A program made the position numbers and the translations under genes. Positions 21,449 to 31,461 of a stretch of 64,000 nucleotides of DNA are shown here, in pieces (within the stretch, counting starts at the first letter, position 1; each line of letters opens with the position of its first letter). The notes under the pieces were generated by a model that was not told the DNA's origin, did not search any database, and was given only the letters and a program-made list of their open reading frames with translations. Origin of the DNA: an uncultured Acidobacteriota bacterium (lineage in GTDB: Bacteria > Acidobacteriota > Vicinamibacteria > Vicinamibacterales > CAVPJW01); contig CAWGYQ010000007.1 of the NCBI GenBank assembly GCA_963826865.1, forward strand, positions 8,605 to 72,604, given 5' to 3'.

Positions 21449-23341
21449 ATGCAAGACGAACAGCGAATAATCAGCCTCCGCCTCGCGGTTCTTCAATACG
21501 CCGTCACGGGGATATTTGTCGTCCTTGGGTTGAGCTTTTGGTACCTCCAGATCGTCCAGCACGCGCGCTTCCAGGAGCTGGCCGAGAACAATCATCAGCG
21601 GACCCTCGCGCTTCGGGCGCCTCGCGGCGTTCTGCTCGACCGCGAGGGTCGTATCCTCGTGGAAAATCGCGACTCGTTCAACATTTCCATCGTTCGCGAG
21701 CACACCAAGGACCTCGATCGCACCGTACGCCTGCTCGCCGGAGTGGTGGCCGTCGAAGAGGCGCACATTCGCGAAGTGGTGGCCAGACATCGGCGCGAGC
21801 CCGTGTATCGCCCGATCGTCGTGGTGGAGGATGCCTCGTTGGCGCAGGTGGCCGCCGTGACGGCCCGGCGTCTCGACTTCGAGCTCCCGGACGTCATCGT
21901 GGAGAGAGTCCCCACGCGGCGCTATCCGACGGACGCGCTTGCGGCGCATCTATTCGGGTATGTCGGTGAAGTCAGCGATGCCCAGCTTGCCGAGCAGCAG
22001 GTCGAAAGCGGGACGATCGTCGGGCAGTCGGGCGTCGAGAAGACTTATAACCGGGTCCTGATGGGTGAGGACGGCGCCCGGCGCGTGGTCGTCAACAGCA
22101 TGGGGCGCGAGATCAGCACGTTCGAGGAAATTCCGCCCGTCGAAGGCCACCGGGTGCAGCTGACGATCGATTACGACCTGCAGCACGCTGCAGAAGAGGC
22201 ATTCAAGCACTACGGGTATTGGGGCGCCGCGGCTTTCCTCGATCCGCGCTCCGGAGACGTGCTGAGCCTGGTCAGCCTGCCCGGCTACGATCCCAACGAC
22301 TTCGCGGCCGGTATCGACCGCGCGACGTGGACGTCGCTCAACGCCGACCGACTGAAACCTCTTCAGAACCGTGCGACCCAGGGCCGTTACTCGCCGGGCT
22401 CCACCTTCAAGCTCGTCGTGGCGACGGCGGCCCTCGAGGAGCGCGTGGTCACGCCCGACTTCAAGGTGTTCTGCGGTGGGGGCGCGAGTTTTTACGGGCG
22501 CTATTTTCGATGCCACCTGGCGGGTGGTCATGGGACGGTCGACATGCGCCAGGCGATCGAGCGTTCCTGCAACGTGTACTTCTACACACTCGGCAACATG
22601 GTGGGCGTCGATCGGATGCACAAGTGGGCCACGGCGCTTGGTCTTGGCCGCAAGAGCGGCATCGATCTTCCGAACGAAGTCGAAGGCATCATGCCGTCGA
22701 CGGAATGGAAGCGCGAAAAGACCGGTGAGCGGTGGTACGCCGGTGAAACCATCTCGGTGGCCATTGGACAGGGTCAGGTGTCGGTTACGCCGATCTCGAT
22801 GGCCGTGATGATGGCGACCATCGCGAATGGGGGCACGCGCGTGGTCCCTCGCCTGGTGAAAGCCGTGGACAACGGTGAGGGTTGGGTTCCTCTTCCTCAC
22901 GACGCGCCAACCGTGCACCGGATGCGCCCTGAAACTGTCGCGGCGCTGCACGACGGCTTGTGGATGGTCGTCAACGCCGCGGGAACTGGAGGCCGTGGCC
23001 GCATACCCGGTCGCGACGTCGCCGGAAAGACGGGCACGGCGCAGGTCATCTCGCTCCAGGGTGGACGTCAGGCGGCGGGACGAACCGACAAGGACCTGCG
23101 CGATCACGGCTGGTTCGTGTTCTTCGCGCCGCGCGACAACCCGCAAATTGCAGGCGTCGTGATGGCCGAGCACTCGGAGCACGGCTACCTGGCTGCACCG
23201 ATCGCCAGGCACGTCATGGAAACCTTCTTCGCAAAGAACGATCGCCGGCCGCTGCCGGAGCTGCCGCCGCTACCCGGGCCCTCCGATGTGCCCGTTGCGG
23301 CCGTGGCCGCCGCTGCTCCAGCACCGGCGGACCATCCGTAA
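21449..23341 (+). CDS. mrdA: Penicillin-binding protein 2
   Basis: APRG..LDR, STFK (SxxK), SCN, KTGT; synteny. Confidence 0.96.
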   Translation: MQDEQRIISLRLAVLQYAVTGIFVVLGLSFWYLQIVQHARFQELAENNHQRTLALRAPRGVLLDREGRILVENRDSFNISIVREHTKDLDRTVRLLAGVVAVEEAHIREVVARHRREPVYRPIVVVEDASLAQVAAVTARRLDFELPDVIVERVPTRRYPTDALAAHLFGYVGEVSDAQLAEQQVESGTIVGQSGVEKTYNRVLMGEDGARRVVVNSMGREISTFEEIPPVEGHRVQLTIDYDLQHAAEEAFKHYGYWGAAAFLDPRSGDVLSLVSLPGYDPNDFAAGIDRATWTSLNADRLKPLQNRATQGRYSPGSTFKLVVATAALEERVVTPDFKVFCGGGASFYGRYFRCHLAGGHGTVDMRQAIERSCNVYFYTLGNMVGVDRMHKWATALGLGRKSGIDLPNEVEGIMPSTEWKREKTGERWYAGETISVAIGQGQVSVTPISMAVMMATIANGGTRVVPRLVKAVDNGEGWVPLPHDAPTVHRMRPETVAALHDGLWMVVNAAGTGGRGRIPGRDVAGKTGTAQVISLQGGRQAAGRTDKDLRDHGWFVFFAPRDNPQIAGVVMAEHSEHGYLAAPIARHVMETFFAKNDRRPLPELPPLPGPSDVPVAAVAAAAPAPADHP

Positions 23342-23345
23342 TCGC

Positions 23346-24446
23346 ATGCTCGAACGGCGCCTCTACTATCACATCGACTGGTTGCTGATCGCCGCCATCG
23401 TCGCGCTGTGCGGCATGGGCGTAGCCATGATCTACAGCACGTCGGGCGCGGCGATACGCGACGCGGGCTCTTCTCTCCATCTCACGCAGCTTTACGCCAT
23501 CGTCATTGGCCTGCTAGTCCTGTTTGCCTGTCTGATGGTCGATTACCGGACGCTGGCCGACAAGTCGCATTTGATCTACGTCGCCCTGATTGCGGCACTC
23601 ATCTATGTGCTGTTCTTTGGAACGGCGATGATGGGCGCGCGGCGCTGGGTGTCGTTCGGCAGCTTCAATGTCCAGCCATCCGAGTTCGTGAAAGTCGGGC
23701 TGGCGCTGGTGCTGGCGGAGCTCTTCGGCGAGAGCCGGCGCGGCGCGCTGACCACGACCGATCTGGTCATCGCCGGCGGTCTCATGCTGCTGCCGTTCGC
23801 CCTGATCGCCCGTGAGCCGGATCTCGGGACGGCCGCGACGCTGGTGCCCGTGGCGCTCGCCATGGCCTGGGTGGCCGGGATGCGGGTGCGGGTGCTGGGA
23901 GTCCTGCTCATCGTGGCGGCGCTGGCTGCCCCGGTGGCCTGGCACTACGCGCTCAAGGACTACCAGAAATCGCGGATCGCGACCTTCATCGACCCGTCGC
24001 AGGATGCGCGAGGCGCAGGCTACCAGCAGATTCAGGCTCGCATCACGGTGGGATCGGGTGGGCTCTGGGGCAAAGGGTTCATGGAGGGGACGCAGGGGCA
24101 GCTGCGTTTCCTGCCGGTCGCGCACAACGACTTCATTTTCTCGGTGCTGGCCGAGGAACAGGGATTTGCGGGCGTGCTGGTGGCGCTCGGGCTGTATCTG
24201 TTCGTCATTGTCAGATCCATCGAGGCGGCGCGCCTTGCCAGGGATCGGCTCGGGGCATTTCTCGTGATGGGGGTGCTCGCGGGCTTTTCGTTTCAGGTGA
24301 TTTATAACATCACGATGTCGGCAGGACTGGCCCCCGTCAAGGGGCTGACCCTGCCACTGATGAGTTACGGAGGGTCGTCGATGGTCGCCACTCTGGCGGG
24401 TTTCGGCTTGATCCTCAACGTGCGCATGCGCCGGTTCACGAACTGA
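23346..24446 (+). CDS. rodA: Rod shape-determining SEDS protein RodA
   Basis: GARRW, QPSEF, EPDLGT, HNDFIF, PLMSYGGSS. Confidence 0.96.
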   Translation: MLERRLYYHIDWLLIAAIVALCGMGVAMIYSTSGAAIRDAGSSLHLTQLYAIVIGLLVLFACLMVDYRTLADKSHLIYVALIAALIYVLFFGTAMMGARRWVSFGSFNVQPSEFVKVGLALVLAELFGESRRGALTTTDLVIAGGLMLLPFALIAREPDLGTAATLVPVALAMAWVAGMRVRVLGVLLIVAALAAPVAWHYALKDYQKSRIATFIDPSQDARGAGYQQIQARITVGSGGLWGKGFMEGTQGQLRFLPVAHNDFIFSVLAEEQGFAGVLVALGLYLFVIVRSIEAARLARDRLGAFLVMGVLAGFSFQVIYNITMSAGLAPVKGLTLPLMSYGGSSMVATLAGFGLILNVRMRRFTN

Positions 24447-24621
24447 CCGGCCGTCGCCCTGGTATTCCCGGATCGGCAGCGGAGAGGAAGCCTGATGGAC
24501 AGCCTGGCCTACGACGCGCTCATCGCGATCGGTGTGACCTGCGCTGGTCTCGTCGGGTGGGCGGGTGTTTCATTGGCACCCATCCCCCATCCGCCGCGCG
24601 TGTCCGCCTGGAGTTGCGCGA

Positions 24622-26184
24622 ATGAGCAAGGAAATGATCATCTCCTCGACCGGCCACGAAACGATGGTGGCCATTCTCGAGGACGACCTGGTTGCCGAGA
24701 TTTTCGTCGAACGCGAGCGTCAGCGTGGCGTGGTCGGCAACATCTACAGAGGGCGGGTCTCCAAGGTCCTGCCCGGCATGCAATCGGCCTTCGTTGACGT
24801 CGGCCTCGAGCGCGACGGTTTTCTCTACGTCTCCGAAGTCATCAATACCATCGAGGAGTTCGAGCGCCTCGGGGCAGGCGACGACGACGACGAGGAGCCG
24901 TCGGCCGCTGGCGAGAACGGTGGCAGCGGCAACGGCCGTTCCCGCCGGGATCGCGACCGCGGCCAGGACGCGAAGATCGAGACGCTCCTCAAAGAGGGAC
25001 AGGAGATCATCGTCCAGATCGTCAAAGAGCCGCTCGGCACGAAGGGCGCGCGGCTGACGTCGCACGCAACGCTCGCAGGCCGCTTCCTCGTCTTCATGCC
25101 CACCGTCGATCACGTGGGCGTCTCACGCAAAATCGAGTCACGCGAAGAGCGCGGGAGGCTTCGCGCCATCGTCCGCGAGTACCGCGAGGAACAGCACTTT
25201 GCGGGTGGCGTCATCATCCGGACGGCTGCCGGTGGCCGCTCCAAAGAGGACATCGTCAGCGACCTCGACTACTTCAACCGTGTGTGGAGCGGTGTCAGAC
25301 AAAAGGCCGAGACCATGCGGGCGCCGGCGACGATGTATCGGGAACCCAGTCTGGTGGCCAAGCTGCTGCGCGACCTGCTCACCGAGGACTTCGTCGCCAT
25401 TCGAATCGACAACGAGACGGAGTACCGCCGCATTCTCGAGCTGGTCGAGCGAATCATGCCGGCTCTGGCGCCGCGGGTGAAGCTCTATACGAAGAGCTTT
25501 CCCATCTTCGAGGAGTACGGCGTACAAGCCGAGATCGACAAGGCCCTTCGCAGCAAGGTCTGGCTCAAGTCAGGCGGTTCAATCGTGGTCAATCAGACCG
25601 AAGCGCTCGTGGCGATTGACGTCAACACGGGGCGCTACGTCGGCAAACGCACCGGCCGTCTCGAAGACACGATCGTCAAGACCAATCTCGAGGCTGTGAA
25701 AGAGATCGTCCGTCAGATCAGGCTGCGCGATCTCGGCGGCATCATCGTGCTCGACTTCATCGACATGGAGGAGCGAAAGAACCGTCAGAAAGTGTTCCAG
25801 GCGGTCGAGCAGGAACTGAAGAAGGATCGCGCGCCGTCGAAGGCCGTTCAGGTGTCGGATTTCGGGCTCATCATCGTCACGCGCAAGCGCGTGAAGCAGA
25901 GTCTGGAGCGCCTCCTGACCGAACCGTGCCCCTACTGCTCGGGCACCGGGGTCATCAAATCGAGCGCCACGATCTGCTACGAGATCTTGTCAGAGGTGAA
26001 GAAGATCGGTGCCGACATCGACGGGCACGGTGTCGTGCTCCGGGTCAACCCTGACATCGCGCGCGCGCTCAAGGAAGAGGAGAGCGCCGTGCTCACGGAT
26101 CTGAAGGAGTCGATCCGGAAGGAGGTGACCGTCAAGTCTGACGTTCACCTCCACCACGAACAGTTCGACCTGATGGCGATTTAG
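24622..26184 (+). CDS. Rne/Rng family ribonuclease (RNase G-like)
   Basis: GNIYRGRV..VLPGMQSAFVD, IDVNTG, RLRDLGGII.LDFIDM, CPYC. Confidence 0.93.
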   Translation: MSKEMIISSTGHETMVAILEDDLVAEIFVERERQRGVVGNIYRGRVSKVLPGMQSAFVDVGLERDGFLYVSEVINTIEEFERLGAGDDDDEEPSAAGENGGSGNGRSRRDRDRGQDAKIETLLKEGQEIIVQIVKEPLGTKGARLTSHATLAGRFLVFMPTVDHVGVSRKIESREERGRLRAIVREYREEQHFAGGVIIRTAAGGRSKEDIVSDLDYFNRVWSGVRQKAETMRAPATMYREPSLVAKLLRDLLTEDFVAIRIDNETEYRRILELVERIMPALAPRVKLYTKSFPIFEEYGVQAEIDKALRSKVWLKSGGSIVVNQTEALVAIDVNTGRYVGKRTGRLEDTIVKTNLEAVKEIVRQIRLRDLGGIIVLDFIDMEERKNRQKVFQAVEQELKKDRAPSKAVQVSDFGLIIVTRKRVKQSLERLLTEPCPYCSGTGVIKSSATICYEILSEVKKIGADIDGHGVVLRVNPDIARALKEEESAVLTDLKESIRKEVTVKSDVHLHHEQFDLMAI

Positions 26185-26196
26185 ACGCCCGAAACC

Positions 26197-26649
26197 CTAC
26201 GCCGCCGGCGCCGCCGGCAGGTGAATCAGATAGTGATTCCCGCCGCGGTTGATCCACACGCGGAAATAGTCCCCGCCCTTCAGAAGCTCGACCCGGGACG
26301 CTCCCACGCGCGGACGCGTGCCGTCCGCGACCTGAGCGATATCGCTGTCGGGCACGATGCTCGCGACCTCTCGCCCCTTGACCTGGCCGGCCTGCACGAA
26401 CTCGACCCAGCGCTCGAGGTTCTGCGTCTGGCCGGCGGCGGCCGGTGTTGCATCGTTTGCGGTCACTCGTACCTGGTAGGTGCCTGCAGGTAGAGCTTGG
26501 CCGTTCGCCGTGACTTGACGGGGCAATCGGACCGATCCAAGCATGGAGTCGCTCTGGGATGCGGCAGTCTGGCCTCCCGGCGCCTTCGCCAGCGTCAGGT
26601 CCGCCCCGAGTGCCGCGACAAAGATTCCGATGAGCCAAAGCCTGTTCAT
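26197..26649 (-). CDS. Secreted hypothetical beta-rich protein
   Basis: gggagg RBS and TATAAT upstream; signal peptide; LPAGTY motif. Confidence 0.65.
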   Translation of the reverse strand: MNRLWLIGIFVAALGADLTLAKAPGGQTAASQSDSMLGSVRLPRQVTANGQALPAGTYQVRVTANDATPAAAGQTQNLERWVEFVQAGQVKGREVASIVPDSDIAQVADGTRPRVGASRVELLKGGDYFRVWINRGGNHYLIHLPAAPAA

Positions 26650-26750
26650 CGTCGCCTCCCTCTTAAGACTTGTTGAGTCGCCTGCCTCCATTATACGAAA
26701 GTGGAAGCCGCCTCGTCCGTTCTTAACAGACGGCCACATCAGGAACGGTA

Positions 26751-27683
26751 TCAATTGGAATGCCATCGCTCGGAGCCCTGCTCGAAACCGTCCGCCGTCC
26801 GCCGGACGATGACAATAATGCTGCGCTTGGTGAGCTCTTCTTGTGTGTAGTCGCGCAGCTCTGCAAGAACTTGTTCATCGATGAGTTCCGCACCCTCGGT
26901 GAATTCCGTGGTCCAGGCGAGGATCTCGAGCCCTGCCGTTGACTCGAACGATCGGCGGTAATCCGCTTCCCGCAGCCGGTTGAGGACGACCGGAGCCGTC
27001 CAGGACTTGTCGCGAAGATGGCCCCATGCAAGATTGCCATCGAGATCGATGCGACCCGGCACAATCCAGGGCAGATCGTGACCGCCTGACAGCGACGGAA
27101 ACAGGTGAATCTCGATGAAGCCGATGCCGCCGGGTCTGAGGACTCTGGCGAGTTCGCGATTTGCCGTGTCGACGTCGATCACGTGTTCCCATGTGGCGTT
27201 CGAATGGACGATGTCGAACGTTCCGTTCGCGAACTCGAGCTGTTCGACGGGCATGGTCCGGAGATCCAGGCCCTCCTCGAAGACACGACGCCCCAAGCCC
27301 CGTTCGAGATGCTTGTAATAGTGGCGGTCGTAGACCAGCTCTCCCAGAGCCTTCCTCGCGGTCTTCATGAGTCCCACTTCCTTCCGGTACTCAAGATATC
27401 TGCGGGGCTTGAAGCCGAGACCCCAGCGGTATGCAGGTTTCTGGTCGATGCCCGTGACGGATATGCCCGACGAATGAAGCATCAAGCTCATCGGGGCATT
27501 TTCGCCGCACCCGATGTCGAGAATGCGCTTGCCCTCGAGAGTCTGGCCCGCCGCGGCCACGGCGCCAACGAATTGCCTGTACAGCGACACGTCGTGATCG
27601 GCCCATGCCTTCAGCATGTCGAGACGCTGACGATATTGGCGGGTCAAACTCCAGGGGAACTTGTCGCCTGCGGTTGTGCCCAT
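26751..27683 (-). CDS. Class I SAM-dependent methyltransferase
   Basis: ILDIGCG, FDIVHSNATWEHV, RVLRPGG. Confidence 0.85.
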   Translation of the reverse strand: MGTTAGDKFPWSLTRQYRQRLDMLKAWADHDVSLYRQFVGAVAAAGQTLEGKRILDIGCGENAPMSLMLHSSGISVTGIDQKPAYRWGLGFKPRRYLEYRKEVGLMKTARKALGELVYDRHYYKHLERGLGRRVFEEGLDLRTMPVEQLEFANGTFDIVHSNATWEHVIDVDTANRELARVLRPGGIGFIEIHLFPSLSGGHDLPWIVPGRIDLDGNLAWGHLRDKSWTAPVVLNRLREADYRRSFESTAGLEILAWTTEFTEGAELIDEQVLAELRDYTQEELTKRSIIVIVRRTADGFEQGSERWHSN

Positions 27684-27710
27684 TGAGCTCGTTGGATACA
27701 GGCACAACCC

Positions 27711-27727
27711 TGCACACAGGATGCCAA
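27711..27727 (-). promoter_or_regulatory. Sigma-54 -24/-12 promoter candidate for the methyltransferase
   Basis: TTGGCATCCTGTGTGCA (GG-N10-GC), about 28 nt before the ATG. Confidence 0.55.
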
Positions 27728-27784
27728 CTGCTTGGTATGAGACGAGGATCGCGGCGGACGTTGGCAGGTGAATGCTTGAGATTG

Positions 27785-28846
27785 CTATTGACGCGCGATG
27801 CTGACGTCCCCACTGAACGTGCGCACGATCACGAACGCGCCGCCCTCACCGATGGTGCCGCGAATCGAGCGTTCTGAAGGACCGCGCCGCTCACGGTCGT
27901 TGGCGCCGATGAGTTGCGTGGGAAGCGCGGTGTTGACAGAGCCTGAAAAGGTGCTCGCTTCGAATTCGAACGCACTCTCCGTGGGGAAGCTCAGCCGCAC
28001 GTCACCCGAGTGCGCGTTGAACTCGTAACGACCTCGCTTCGAGAGAGCGCCTGAATATTGGACATCTCCGCTGACCGAGCGCACCTGAGCGCGCTCGCAC
28101 CGCACACGATCGAGAATCAGATCGCCGCTCACGGTGTTGACGTCGATCGCGCGCACGTCGACGCCGCGGGCGACAAAATCACCGCTCACGCTACCGGCCA
28201 TCAGATCACCGTTCGAACTCACGTCGGTCAGCCGCACGTCGCCTGAAACCGATTTGATCGACGCCAGATGGCTCACACCATTGGCCGACACATCACCGCT
28301 CACGCTTTCGAGCCGAAGCTCACCCTTGACAGCCGTCACCCGAATGTTCCCGGAGATCGATTTCAGGTTGACGCTCGTGTCCGCCGGCACACGCACCGTG
28401 TAGTCCACCCAGGCCGAGCCACGGCGCTCGCCGCGCGGGTAGACCGTTCGCACTTCCACCCGGCCGGGGCGTTCGACGATGTCTACCGAGAGCGCCGACA
28501 TCAGCTCCTGGGCCCCCGCATCGCGCGCCCGGACGCGCTTCACCATGTCGATGACGATGTCGGTACCTGAGACGGCCGCGACGTCGATCTCGCCGGAGAT
28601 GTTGGCGAGATCGAGCCACGCGTTCGCAGCAGCCTTGATCGTCCGGGACGAACGCTCGACTTGCTCAGGACCCTGACGCTGGTCCTGATACCGTCCCCAC
28701 TCGACGTCAATCGACCGCGATGTTGGCGCGTCCGGCATGGCGCCTTGCGCACGGGCAGCCGTCGCAGCCGTCAGGAACGCGAGTGCCATGATTGCCGAGC
28801 GCCGCACCACCGTCGAGTATCCACAATCGTGATTCGTCATGATCAT
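27785..28846 (-). CDS. DUF4097 family beta-strand repeat protein
   Basis: Signal peptide; repeated (S/T)VSGD motifs. Confidence 0.88.
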   Translation of the reverse strand: MIMTNHDCGYSTVVRRSAIMALAFLTAATAARAQGAMPDAPTSRSIDVEWGRYQDQRQGPEQVERSSRTIKAAANAWLDLANISGEIDVAAVSGTDIVIDMVKRVRARDAGAQELMSALSVDIVERPGRVEVRTVYPRGERRGSAWVDYTVRVPADTSVNLKSISGNIRVTAVKGELRLESVSGDVSANGVSHLASIKSVSGDVRLTDVSSNGDLMAGSVSGDFVARGVDVRAIDVNTVSGDLILDRVRCERAQVRSVSGDVQYSGALSKRGRYEFNAHSGDVRLSFPTESAFEFEASTFSGSVNTALPTQLIGANDRERRGPSERSIRGTIGEGGAFVIVRTFSGDVSIARQ

Positions 28847-28868
28847 CTGCTCACGAGCCGCCGGCGAC

Positions 28869-29618
28869 TCACTTCGCCAACTGACTCATCACGCGGGCCG
28901 TGCCCGCATCGTCGCCCTTCCGCATCTCGTTGATGAGGGCAATCGTGTCCTGCAGCAAGCTCACCTTGCTCTTGAACGCCTCAAACAGACTGTCGCGGGC
29001 GGGGTGGCTTGCGGGTTGTGCGCGTACCGCCGCCCGGCTCTCTTCGATCGCTTGGTCGATGACACCTAGGGTCTTCTGGAGAGTTGCCGCCAGTTGCGGA
29101 TCGAGCGCCTTCTGATCGACCTGCGCCGCCTGTTCGAGTCCAGCGATCGCGCGCTCGTAATGCTGCTCGGCCAACCGTAGCTCCTCTTCAATCGATTGGA
29201 CGAGGCTGGCACCGTCAATCGTTCCAGTCGCGTCAGGGGAAGCCACAGTCGTTGCGGCTGGCGCCTCGTTCACCGTTCGCTCGGACTGGGTTCGATACAG
29301 AGCGCCTGCGCCGACCACCAGCAGCACGGTTGCCGCGACCGCAAGAAGTCGCCGCCTCTCGGTGCGGCGATTCTGGTCGCCACGAGCCGCATCGAGGGCG
29401 CCCGCGACACGAGTCCAGACGGAGGGCGAAGGTTCGGGAGCCGAGAGCATGCCGGCGGCTCGCTTGATCTGCTGGAGATCGCGCACGACCGCCGAGCATT
29501 CAGGGCAGGTCTCCAGGTGATGAACGAGCGATGCCTGGCCCTCGCGATCGAGCGAACCGTCGAGGAGGTCGGCGATCGCTGTCTGATAAGCTCCGCACCC
29601 CATGACGTCATTCCGCAT
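28869..29618 (-). CDS. Zinc-finger (zf-HC2) transmembrane anti-sigma factor
   Basis: HLETCPEC motif, single TM, helical C-terminal domain; directly follows the ECF gene. Confidence 0.85.
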   Translation of the reverse strand: MRNDVMGCGAYQTAIADLLDGSLDREGQASLVHHLETCPECSAVVRDLQQIKRAAGMLSAPEPSPSVWTRVAGALDAARGDQNRRTERRRLLAVAATVLLVVGAGALYRTQSERTVNEAPAATTVASPDATGTIDGASLVQSIEEELRLAEQHYERAIAGLEQAAQVDQKALDPQLAATLQKTLGVIDQAIEESRAAVRAQPASHPARDSLFEAFKSKVSLLQDTIALINEMRKGDDAGTARVMSQLAK

Positions 29619-30169
29619 CGGAGGGATCCGATACGCGACCGGTCAGGAAGTCGCGAATTCTCAGCCGCGCTTTGTGGACCTGCGACTTCGACGTGCCCTC
29701 GGCGATACCCAGAATCTTCCCCACTTCGTGGTGATCGAACCCCTGAACATCGTGCAGCACGAATGCGGCCCGGCAGGCCGCCGGCAGCCGCTCGATCGCA
29801 CGCTCGAGATCGACCTGGGTTGGCGTAACTGCCCCCGGGGCATACCGGCCCGCCGGTGCGAGCGAGTATTCGTCGAGCGAGCCGGTCACTCCGTCGTTTC
29901 GGGCCGCTCGGCTTCGCACATGGTCCAGACAGCGATTCATAGCCAACCGGTAGAGCCAGGTGCCGAGCGAGGCCTCGCCGCGAAAAGTACCTGAGGCGGC
30001 GAAACGCGAGTAAAAAGATCTCTTGCAGCAGGTCTTCGGCGTCGGCCCGTGATCCAGTCATTCGATACGCCACGGCGTAGAGCCGGGCCGCGTGCCGCTG
30101 ATAGAGCATCTCGAAGGCCGCCCGGTCGCCGGCCTGGCAGCGAGCCACGAGATCCCGGTCGCTCGCCAC
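29608..30169 (-). CDS. ECF RNA polymerase sigma factor, apparent frameshift near 29992
   Basis: DRDLVARCQAGDRAAFEMLY...DAEDLLQEIF, then (shifted) FRGEASLGTWLYRLAMNRCLD...GTSKSQVHKAR. Confidence 0.9.
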
Positions 30170-30197
30170 GTCGGCTACCGTCCTCTCCCTCAACTCC

Positions 30198-30227
30198 TTA
30201 GACGGGGAGGCGGATGGATATCGTTGC
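30198..30227 (-). promoter_or_regulatory. Possible ECF autoregulatory promoter
   Basis: GCAAC-18 nt-CGTCTAA upstream of the ECF gene; spacing is slightly long. Confidence 0.3.
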
Positions 30228-30312
30228 CGGGCGGGGGGTGCGTCGGCGGGGAACCGAGACATCTCTCCAGTGGATACGAAGGCCAGGGCAAATGGTTCGA
30301 CCGCGAAGTCCC

Positions 30313-30648
30313 TCAGGCTCGGGACCTGCCGGCTCCGAGGACGCGCACCCTGTTGAACAGGCGGATCCGCTCTCCTTCGACCACTACGCCCTCGGCGCGG
30401 AGCAGCGCCCTCTTGAGCGCCAGGTTCCCCCCGTAGCCACCCAGGGACCCGCCGGCGCCGACGACCCTGTGACAGGGCACGCCAGGCTCCTGGCAGCCCC
30501 GCATGATGTTTCCCACGGCGCGCCAGGCGCGCGGCTGCCCGGCCCGTGCCGCGACATCCCCGTAGGTTGCGACCTGGCCGGGAGGAATGCGTCTGACGAC
30601 TGAAAGGACCCGCCGTGTGAACGACGAGGATCGGGATGGCGCCATCAT
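30313..30648 (-). CDS. MGMT/Ogt-family single-domain alkylguanine repair protein
   Basis: IPPGQVATYGDVA, RAVG, PCHRVV, LLRAEG. Confidence 0.88.
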   Translation of the reverse strand: MMAPSRSSSFTRRVLSVVRRIPPGQVATYGDVAARAGQPRAWRAVGNIMRGCQEPGVPCHRVVGAGGSLGGYGGNLALKRALLRAEGVVVEGERIRLFNRVRVLGAGRSRA

Positions 30649-30720
30649 ACCGGTCCCGGGATCGGCCGAACGCCGTCGCACCTGGCGTGGGCGACGACCC
30701 GACCCGGGCGCTGGTGTGCC

Positions 30721-31461
30721 TTAGAACCGCACGCGCAGTCCGCCGCCGGTGAACAACCCTCCGGCATCGCTCGACACCGAGTTTCGATCCGATGCGCGAA
30801 GATCGACTGACGCATGTGAATAGCGGATGAGAGCGCCGAGAGCGAAGCGCCGCGACAAGCTCCACGAAAGATCCATTCCCACATTGAAGCCAATGGCGTT
30901 CTCTTTCACGCGAGGAGCGACGGCGCTCTGGAACGTGGCTTCATTGAACGGGAACGAGTGCTCGTACGCAATCTCGTCCACGACTGCCTGTTCGACGTGG
31001 ATGAAGCTGGGACCCGCCTCGAGCAGCATCTCGAAGGACGGACTCAGTGCGAAGGGCCACGCAAGCAGCCCGTGCGTGGCCGTTTCCCTGCGGGCCAAAT
31101 CATCGCTCCCGCTGACGGATCGCGGCTGGTCGAAGAAGAACGGATGTGGCACGCTCGCAGTGACAGCGGTTGACGTTTCGCCGAAAAGGTGCGACACGGC
31201 CACGCCCGCGCGCATATTTCTCCACACTCGTATCAGGAGCGCTCCATCCACCTGCGGCGGAATCGTCAGGTCGTAGCGGGCGTCGAAGGTGCCCTCTTCG
31301 AGAAACTCCTCGAAGGTGCCGCTCTGTGAAAAATCGTTCGGAATGGCCTGCACGCCGCCATTTACGCTGAGGAAAAACCGCTCGGTGCCGGCGCGTGTTT
31401 GCGCGAAAGAGAAAGACGGCAGGAGCGTCAGAATCACAAAGGTTGCTGCCAGCGTTCGCAT
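30721..31461 (-). CDS. Outer-membrane beta-barrel protein
   Basis: Signal peptide, amphipathic strands, C-terminal GGGLRVRF (terminal Phe). Confidence 0.75.
   Translation of the reverse strand: MRTLAATFVILTLLPSFSFAQTRAGTERFFLSVNGGVQAIPNDFSQSGTFEEFLEEGTFDARYDLTIPPQVDGALLIRVWRNMRAGVAVSHLFGETSTAVTASVPHPFFFDQPRSVSGSDDLARRETATHGLLAWPFALSPSFEMLLEAGPSFIHVEQAVVDEIAYEHSFPFNEATFQSAVAPRVKENAIGFNVGMDLSWSLSRRFALGALIRYSHASVDLRASDRNSVSSDAGGLFTGGGLRVRF

Noticed and set aside
19983-21449. 488-aa extended MreC or programmed frameshift
   Set aside because: The normal MreC C-terminus and mreD lie in other frames, and no slippery site was recognised; an indel error is more likely.
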